Assembly: GCA_002367635.1 (NCBI GenBank)
Contig: DFDI01000088.1
Coordinates: forward strand, 18,671-82,670
DNA from: Betaproteobacteria bacterium UBA3031
GTDB lineage: Bacteria > Pseudomonadota > Gammaproteobacteria > Burkholderiales > Eutrophovitaceae
Reading direction: 5' to 3'
Length of the DNA: 64,000 nucleotides
A program made the translations under genes and the position numbers. Of this stretch, positions 57,862 to 64,000 are shown one piece after another. The notes under the pieces are model-generated. The model was not told the origin of the DNA. It worked only from the letters and a program-made list of their open reading frames with translations, and searched no databases. Within the stretch, counting starts at the first letter, position 1. The number at the start of each line of letters is the position of its first letter.

Positions 57862-58935
57862 ATGACCCAAGAATTGATTAATAACCTAAATGTTAAAGCG
57901 CAGCAAATCCTTTCGACACCCCAAATAATAAAAAATGAAATCCCAGTGCCGGATAATGCGACGTCAACTATTATCAGGGGACGCAAGTCTATTGAAGACA
58001 TTTTGGACAGGAAAGATAAACGTCTTTTGGTAGTCGTTGGGCCCTGTTCTATCCATGATACAAAAGCCGCAATGGACTACGCCAACAGACTGCATAAGCT
58101 CTCTGAAAAAGTCTCCGAGACAATGATGATTGTGATGCGGGTTTACTTTGAAAAACCGCGAACCACGGTAGGCTGGAAAGGACTCATCAATGACCCACAT
58201 ATGGACGAATCATTTGATATCGAACAGGGCCTGCGTATCGCACGACGGTTACTAATCGATATTAACGAACTGGGGTTGCCAGCGGGCACAGAAGCTCTTG
58301 ATCCAATTAGCCCGCAGTACCTAGGAGACCTGATCTCGTGGAGTGCCATAGGGGCTCGAACAACCGAATCTCAAACTCACCGAGAAATGGCTAGCGCGCT
58401 TTCCTCTCCTGTTGGATTTAAAAACGGTACCGATGGCGGCTTATCTGTCGCAGTTAATGCGCTTCACTCAGTCTCTAATCCGCACAGCTTTTTAGGTATT
58501 AATAGTGATGGTCAAGTCGCAATCACTCATACAAAGGGTAATCGCTATGGACATATCGTCCTTCGAGGTGGTTCAAAAGGACCTAATTACGATTCGGTGT
58601 CCATATCCTTGGTTGAAAAAGCACTTAATGAAGCTAATCCTAAACTAGCTTCAAACATTATGGTCGACTGCAGTCATGCCAACTCAAACAAAGATCACAA
58701 CCTGCAACCCCTAGTTTTCAGCGATTGTATCAATCAAGTCATCGATGGGAACAAATCGATTATCGGCATGATGCTCGAGAGCAACATAGGGCCTGGCAAC
58801 CAAAAATTAATTCACGACCATAGCAAAATGCAGTATGGCGTATCCATCACGGATGCATGTGTTGATTGGGCCACAACTGAAAAAACATTGCTCGACGCAC
58901 ATAAGAAGTTGGCGCCGGGACTTTCTGTGCGTTAA
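57862..58935 (+). CDS. 3-deoxy-7-phosphoheptulonate (DAHP) synthase, class I alpha
   Basis: LLVVVGPCSIHD, MRVYFEKPRTTVGWKGLINDP, GARTTESQTHREMAS and VDCSHANS are near-identical to E. coli AroF/G/H blocks. The isozyme cannot be assigned. Confidence 0.93.
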   Translation: MTQELINNLNVKAQQILSTPQIIKNEIPVPDNATSTIIRGRKSIEDILDRKDKRLLVVVGPCSIHDTKAAMDYANRLHKLSEKVSETMMIVMRVYFEKPRTTVGWKGLINDPHMDESFDIEQGLRIARRLLIDINELGLPAGTEALDPISPQYLGDLISWSAIGARTTESQTHREMASALSSPVGFKNGTDGGLSVAVNALHSVSNPHSFLGINSDGQVAITHTKGNRYGHIVLRGGSKGPNYDSVSISLVEKALNEANPKLASNIMVDCSHANSNKDHNLQPLVFSDCINQVIDGNKSIIGMMLESNIGPGNQKLIHDHSKMQYGVSITDACVDWATTEKTLLDAHKKLAPGLSVR

Positions 58936-59693
58936 CTGACTTTCTGTATCGTTGAATAACTCAGCGCGATTAGTGCTACCTCAAAGGGTAGGACAAGCCA
59001 TACTAACATCGCACCTATAAACTCGGCGAGGGGTAGTCCAGTAAGACTAAACCAGTTAATCGCAAGGGCAATCGCCAGAGGAAAAATAACAGCCAGAAAC
59101 ATCAATACCAGACCATTTCCTTTGGTCGCCAACCAAGACCATTTAAAGGCCTCAAAGAGTCCAATCTCAGGATTTCTGCTCACTTCCGGAAACACGAGTA
59201 TCAATCTTGCAGCGATATAAATTGGCGGCAAGAAGTTAAGCATTGCCAAATATCCAACATCTCCAAACACGTTAAAAATACTGACAAGAATCGTACTCGA
59301 TATGGCCAAAGCAAACATAAATGTCATTGCTAAAAAAAGCATGGCTAAGGTGAATTTTGTTTCCGACAACCCCCAAGATATCGGAGAGTGCTCGGAAATA
59401 TCACATTCTAATAAGACTCTATACGCTCGAACAGTAGCTATCACTGTAATGAAAAACATGCCGGTAATGACAAACAACATAACGCCGTAGCTACTCTTTT
59501 CAGTCCCAGCTCCAGACTCATTCCCGTCTCCAATGATTTTCACCCCAAGGGAATCAGCAAACGATAAGGTCATCCCAATGAGGAACGGCAACCATAGCGA
59601 ACGAGCAAGCACGAACCGCTTCTCATATGCAAATACTCCCGCTCCGAGAATTAACTTGAGTAAAGGAAGTCTTCTATTTGTGGTCTCTGTCAT
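58932..59693 (-). CDS. Hypothetical polytopic membrane protein
   Basis: 253 aa with about 6 hydrophobic helices. No recognisable family. Confidence 0.55.
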   Translation of the reverse strand: MTETTNRRLPLLKLILGAGVFAYEKRFVLARSLWLPFLIGMTLSFADSLGVKIIGDGNESGAGTEKSSYGVMLFVITGMFFITVIATVRAYRVLLECDISEHSPISWGLSETKFTLAMLFLAMTFMFALAISSTILVSIFNVFGDVGYLAMLNFLPPIYIAARLILVFPEVSRNPEIGLFEAFKWSWLATKGNGLVLMFLAVIFPLAIALAINWFSLTGLPLAEFIGAMLVWLVLPFEVALIALSYSTIQKVS

Positions 59694-59719
59694 GAAGTTT
59701 TACGTCTTTAATGAGATGT

Positions 59720-60976
59720 TTAGGTGCCTCGATGCTTTAGATGCCCACGCAGCATCCAAGAGAAGCCTAACACCTGAAGAATTAAAAAAATACTGAAAGC
59801 ACGGACATACCCCTCCGGGGCATAACCACTATCAACGGCGTCCCATTGATTCAGTATGATACCGAATAACCATTGAGACCCGAATGCCGTTGTGAACGCT
59901 AAAAGATTTAATGCGGTTGTAGCGCGACCCGTGAGTTGCACGGGAAAACTTTGGGAAATAATCGAAAATGCTAAGCTACCAGAGGTGCCCAGCAATCCCC
60001 ATCCGATCCAAATGACCCATGACATCTGAGTAATCTCGAAAACAAGAAGAAGCTGCAAGGCCATATAAGCAGCCGTAGCCCAAATAAGAACCACAATCGG
60101 TTTAATACCACGTCGACTCATTCGTGTGGCAAACGCACCCCAGAAGAGGAAGCCGAGCATCGTAGCAATACCCAACATTAATAAATGCATGGCTACGCTC
60201 GTGCGCTCTAATCCAGCCACATCTGATAACCAAGGCCCCGCCCACAATCCTTGCACCGACATATTGAATGCTTGAGGCAGTACTGACCCTAATGCAATTC
60301 GCCAAAATATTGCTGAACGGTACACACTCAGCGCCCCAAGCAATTGATCCTTCGTAGAACCAATGTCATAGGCATTTTTTCTATCTGGAGCTACGAAGAA
60401 CACAATTGCCGAAGCAACAAGCGTGGCACAGCACAAAACTAAAAAGAGTTCCCTCCATCCAGAAAAAGACAGCAAGTACTCGACCGGAGCCGTAGCAGAA
60501 ATCGCTCCAAGGCCTCCGACAAACATGATCCTTCCAGTCATTTCCGGAAGCTTTTCTTTTGGGAACCACAACGAGAAAATCTTAATACTCGACATCAGAC
60601 ACGCAGCCACACCAAACCCGATAAATGCGCGGCCTAAAAGCAAACCCTGGAAACTCTCCGCTCTAGAAAAAATAAAAGCACCAATAGCAGCCAAAACCAA
60701 TAAAGTCGCGTTCACTCGCCTGGGACCAAAACGATCCAGGAAGACCCCAATGGGGATTTGCAAAGATGCAAAAGTTAAGAAATAAACCGAAGTCAATAGG
60801 CCCAATTCACTTGCACTCAAACCAAATTCGGAAATCAGATTAGGGGCAATGACTGCATTGACGGATCGAAACAAATACGACAAGAAATAGCCGCACGCAA
60901 ACGGCAGGAAAACAAGTAACGCTTCGCGCAGCGATATCGCACGCACGATATCCTCAGCTTGCTTATTCACCGCCAA
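59720..60976 (-). CDS. MFS transporter
   Basis: 418 aa, 12 TM helices, motif GVFLDRFGPRR between TM2 and TM3. Confidence 0.82.
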   Translation of the reverse strand: MAVNKQAEDIVRAISLREALLVFLPFACGYFLSYLFRSVNAVIAPNLISEFGLSASELGLLTSVYFLTFASLQIPIGVFLDRFGPRRVNATLLVLAAIGAFIFSRAESFQGLLLGRAFIGFGVAACLMSSIKIFSLWFPKEKLPEMTGRIMFVGGLGAISATAPVEYLLSFSGWRELFLVLCCATLVASAIVFFVAPDRKNAYDIGSTKDQLLGALSVYRSAIFWRIALGSVLPQAFNMSVQGLWAGPWLSDVAGLERTSVAMHLLMLGIATMLGFLFWGAFATRMSRRGIKPIVVLIWATAAYMALQLLLVFEITQMSWVIWIGWGLLGTSGSLAFSIISQSFPVQLTGRATTALNLLAFTTAFGSQWLFGIILNQWDAVDSGYAPEGYVRAFSIFLILQVLGFSWMLRGHLKHRGT

Positions 60977-62309
60977 CAGTCATTGAATCGATCAAGACCG
61001 ATCCAACCTTAAAAGAAGATCGACTCAAAACATCGTTACCTATGGCGCTGATAGATTTAAACATATTTTTAAGATTCCCGGCTACCGTAACCTCTTGCAC
61101 CGGATACGCGATCTCTCCATTTTCCACCCAAAATCCTGATGCGCCTCGAGAATAATCTCCAGTCACCATATTCGTTCCATGTCCAAGCAAATCGGTGATT
61201 AACAAACCTGTACCCATCATTTTTAATAGGTCCCTAAACTCATGTGTGGCTGCGGAGGAACGGACAAATAAATTATGGGCGCCCCCTGCGTTTCCAGTCG
61301 AAGCTAAGCCCAGCTTTCTAGCGGAATAGGTGCTCAAAAACAAACCCTCCAATCTTCCCGCAGAAACAACAGATCGCTTAGCAGTTTGAACTCCCTCATT
61401 ATCGAACGAACCACTCGCCAAGCCTCGGGGCACGAAAGGGTCTTCTTCAATCGACAGTAGCTCAGGAAATACGATTTCGCCAATCGTACCCTCCAAAAAA
61501 GATTGTTGGCGGTATAAATTTCCACCACTGACCGCCGAAACAAAATGTCTCAACATTCCTGACGCTACGGGTGCTTCAAAAATAACAGGGGTTTTCTTGG
61601 TGTTGATTTTTTTAGCCCCCACCTTTCCGAGAGCTCGTATTCCAGATTGCTTACCGATTTCGTGAGCAGACTCCATATCTTCGGCACATCGCGCGGTACT
61701 CCACCACCCATCCCTCTGCATTTGATCACCCTCACCAGCAGTAACCGAACAACTGATGTAATGACGCGTACTGGGAAATCCTTGCATAAACCCGTTTGAG
61801 TTCGCGTAGACGAATTGCCCCTCTTGAACCGCTACGCTCGCACCCTCGGAATTCCGAATCTCAGGACTCACGTCAAAAGCGGCTTGTTCGCATTCCCGAG
61901 CAAGATCAATCGAATCCTCCATGGATATGTGCCACGGATGGTAAAGATCAAGGTCAGGGACCTCTCGCGCCAACCGATCTGGATCAGCCAATCCAGAAAA
62001 CGAGTCCTCTGCAGTCAGTTGGGCTATCGATACAGCAGCCTCTACCGTATGTCCTATCGCCTCCTCTCCTAAATCAGAGGTGCTGGCATACCCTTTTCGA
62101 CGTCCAACGTAGACGGTGATCCCCAAACCCTTATCCCGGTTATATTCCAAATTCTCGATCTCACCTTTGCGAACTGACACCTCACTGCCTAGGCCCTCGT
62201 TAAGATCTACTTCCACTGAGCTTGCCCCTAAGCCCTTAGCCATTTTTAGGGTTTTTTCCGCAATTTCTTTGAATTGGTCTATGCTGTACGCGAACTCTTT
62301 TTGGGGCAT
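60963..62309 (-). CDS. pmbA: Metalloprotease PmbA (TldD/PmbA family)
   Basis: 448 aa with PmbA_TldD blocks (GTNMVTGDYSRGASGFWVENGEI). Divergent from yjgA as in E. coli. Confidence 0.9.
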   Translation of the reverse strand: MPQKEFAYSIDQFKEIAEKTLKMAKGLGASSVEVDLNEGLGSEVSVRKGEIENLEYNRDKGLGITVYVGRRKGYASTSDLGEEAIGHTVEAAVSIAQLTAEDSFSGLADPDRLAREVPDLDLYHPWHISMEDSIDLARECEQAAFDVSPEIRNSEGASVAVQEGQFVYANSNGFMQGFPSTRHYISCSVTAGEGDQMQRDGWWSTARCAEDMESAHEIGKQSGIRALGKVGAKKINTKKTPVIFEAPVASGMLRHFVSAVSGGNLYRQQSFLEGTIGEIVFPELLSIEEDPFVPRGLASGSFDNEGVQTAKRSVVSAGRLEGLFLSTYSARKLGLASTGNAGGAHNLFVRSSAATHEFRDLLKMMGTGLLITDLLGHGTNMVTGDYSRGASGFWVENGEIAYPVQEVTVAGNLKNMFKSISAIGNDVLSRSSFKVGSVLIDSMTVGGE

Positions 62310-62423
62310 TTTTTATATCACTCACCTAAATAAAGCACCAACGAAGAATGCTTAAAAATTTTCGGTCTTAAAGACCACTAACGTATTGCATGATATCACC
62401 ACAGCCAATTTTCTATCAGACTT

Positions 62424-62912
62424 ATGGATTCATCACGACCTAGCAAAACTAAACTAAAAAAAGAAATGGAAGATCTACAAAAGATTGGAGAATCCCTTGT
62501 GGACCTGCCAAAAGATCTTTTGAAAAAATTTGACCTTCCAGATTCCCTGATGCATGAAATTCTTGAGGCAAAAAACATAACTCAAAATGGCGCAAAACGC
62601 AGGCAACTTCAATTTATCGGAAAAATAATGCGGCACATCGATATCGATTCGATACGCAATCAGCTCGAACAAATAAAACAACCTTCTGCCGGCAAAGTAA
62701 AGCTTTTACACAAAGCAGAATCTTGGCGCAACAAGCTCATTGATAATGAGGAGAGTTTCAAGGATTTTATTAAAATATATCCTCACTCTGACTCATCCGA
62801 ACTGCAGACATTAATTATAGATTGTCGTGGTACGTTGACTTCTAAATCAAAGATTTCCTACCGAAAATTATTTAAAACCATATCAACACTTCTGGAAGAA
62901 AAGATCGATTAA
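62424..62912 (+). CDS. yjgA: Ribosome-associated protein YjgA/DarP (DUF615)
   Basis: SKTKLKKEMEDLQKIGESLVDL and RRQLQFIGKIMR blocks. Conserved pmbA-yjgA divergent arrangement. Confidence 0.82.
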   Translation: MDSSRPSKTKLKKEMEDLQKIGESLVDLPKDLLKKFDLPDSLMHEILEAKNITQNGAKRRQLQFIGKIMRHIDIDSIRNQLEQIKQPSAGKVKLLHKAESWRNKLIDNEESFKDFIKIYPHSDSSELQTLIIDCRGTLTSKSKISYRKLFKTISTLLEEKID

Positions 62913-62984
62913 GTGTTCCAATTTGTTATAGTTTCTATTCAAACTTAGCGGGATACACATCAAGAACAAGGTATAGATTTTTTT

Positions 62985-63575
62985 ATGAGTGAAGAAAAAG
63001 TACGTATTGGACTCGTCTCAATAAGCGACCGCGCCTCAAGCGGCATCTATAAAGATGAGGGGCTACCCTCTCTGAGAGCATGGCTAGATACTGCCATCTT
63101 GAACCCAATTGAATATATCGAGAAATTAATTCCCGATGAAAAAAATCTTATAACAGATACCCTAATAGACCTCGTCGATCACGCCCAATGCGACCTCATC
63201 CTGACTACTGGAGGTACTGGCCCCTCTCCCCGGGATGTCACACCTGAAGCAACGCTAGCCATCGCCGACAAAACAATGCCGGGTTTTGGTGAACAAATGC
63301 GTCAAATCAGCCTAAATTTTGTGCCGACTGCGATTCTCTCTCGACAAGTCGCCGTAGTCAGAAAAAAATCCCTCATCATCAACTTACCAGGTCAGCCTAA
63401 AGCCATCGAAGAAACGCTAGCAGGACTAAAAAATGACGAGGGCAAATCAATTGCTCACGGGATATTTGCTGCGGTGCCCTACTGCATTGACTTAATTGGC
63501 GGACCCTATATCGATTGCCGAGAAGAATTTTGCAACGCCTTTCGACCAAAATCGGCTAGAAGGCATAAAAATTAA
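62985..63575 (+). CDS. mog: Molybdopterin adenylyltransferase
   Basis: IGLVSISDRAS, LTTGGTGPSPRDVTPEAT and PGFGEQMR motifs of MogA. 196 aa. Confidence 0.9.
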   Translation: MSEEKVRIGLVSISDRASSGIYKDEGLPSLRAWLDTAILNPIEYIEKLIPDEKNLITDTLIDLVDHAQCDLILTTGGTGPSPRDVTPEATLAIADKTMPGFGEQMRQISLNFVPTAILSRQVAVVRKKSLIINLPGQPKAIEETLAGLKNDEGKSIAHGIFAAVPYCIDLIGGPYIDCREEFCNAFRPKSARRHKN

Positions 63576-63623
63576 CTAAGGAACTAGCAAATGAATAAAT
63601 ATTCCATCGCAACTAAATAGTAG

Positions 63624-64000
63624 CTAATACGAATGCTTAGCGGCCGATATTCCCCGCTCAGTGTCAACAGTCATCAAAATGGTCAAGCCTATTACGAACA
63701 AGACGACTAAAGATAAAATCGCATTTCGATGATCTCCGCCTGTGAGCCAGGTGAGCGCTCCATATGTGAGTGGGCCTAGGATCGATGCACACTTAACCGA
63801 CAAGCCCCAAAGCCCGAAGAATTCAGCCTGTCTATTGATCGGCGTCAAGACCGAGACAAACGCTCGAGCATTCGATTGGCAGGCGCCGAGCAATAGCCCA
63901 ACTAGATTCGCTGTTACCCAGAAACTGGGACGATCATCAGATAACCAAGCCAATAATGTCACAACAATCCATCCAGTCAAAATGAGAATCAACGACTGAC
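63624..64000 (-). CDS. MFS transporter, UMF1-like (C-terminal part; 5' end outside window)
   Basis: ORF open to the window edge. TM helices with a QSNARAF...AEFFGLWGL pattern recalled from the UMF1 family. Confidence 0.6.
   Translation of the reverse strand, partial: QSLILILTGWIVVTLLAWLSDDRPSFWVTANLVGLLLGACQSNARAFVSVLTPINRQAEFFGLWGLSVKCASILGPLTYGALTWLTGGDHRNAILSLVVLFVIGLTILMTVDTERGISAAKHSY

Noticed and set aside
62913-62984. A possible Moco riboswitch upstream of mog.
   Set aside because: The spacer is only 72 nt, too short for the ~130-nt Moco RNA motif, and it shows no obvious conserved stems.
1-64000. A search by eye for tRNA/rRNA genes, CRISPR repeats, IS elements, integrases, phage genes, toxin-antitoxin pairs or known defence systems.
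   Set aside because: None were found. There are no T-loop (GGTTCGAATCC-like) signatures in spacers, no regularly spaced repeats and no transposase- or integrase-like ORFs. All spacers longer than 200 bp look like promoter regions. tRNAscan-SE, Infernal, ISfinder and DefenseFinder runs would be needed to confirm this.

Overview
This is a gene-dense 64-kb chromosomal segment with about 70 CDS and roughly 90% coding. GC is in the low-to-mid 40s by eye (not computed). The source looks like a Gram-negative proteobacterium with a beta/gamma, marine or methylotroph-like flavour; I cannot place it more precisely without a search.

Content, in order:
- 3' part of a PQQ methanol/ethanol-family dehydrogenase with a lanthanide-type D-x-D signature, plus a cytochrome c.
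- NUDIX hydrolase, then an ammonium transporter behind a textbook sigma-54 promoter with two NtrC-like sites.
- Hotdog thioesterase and a MoxR(CoxD)-VWA(CoxE)-like pair.
- A 7-gene glycolate/glycerate operon: hyi-glxR-glycerate kinase-glcDEF-ydfG.
- Serine hydrolase, AlkA, then a leaderless SBP-fold protein facing a pentonate-dehydratase/RraA-aldolase-like operon.
- TonB-dependent receptor with a NarL-type two-component system.
- Haloacid dehalogenase, cytochrome b561, cytochrome c', QueG, MetY.
- A glutathione-centred cluster (Prx5, two GSTs, dehalogenase, Gor, RidA), interrupted by GreB.
- Assorted hydrolases and oxidoreductases, oligopeptidase B, and a fasciclin protein.
- MarR-EmrAB efflux, threonine dehydratase, and a DnaQ-exonuclease::Cho(GIY-YIG) fusion.
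- DAHP synthase, PmbA, YjgA, Mog.

I found no rRNA, tRNA, IS/transposase, integrase, phage gene, CRISPR array or recognisable defence island. This looks like core genome, and I do not see a convincing previously undescribed multi-gene system.

The best leads, all modest:
1. The leaderless SBP plus XylD-like dehydratase plus RraA/HMG-aldolase-like cluster, a possible Dahms-type pentonate route feeding the nearby glycolate operon.
2. The DnaQ::Cho fusion, which has no LexA box.
3. The divergent lanthanide-type PQQ dehydrogenase.
4. The glycolate operon, which lacks gcl and glcC.
5. A GC-rich 122-nt spacer and several perfect palindromes in intergenic regions.

All homology calls come from motif recognition and memory, not from searches.
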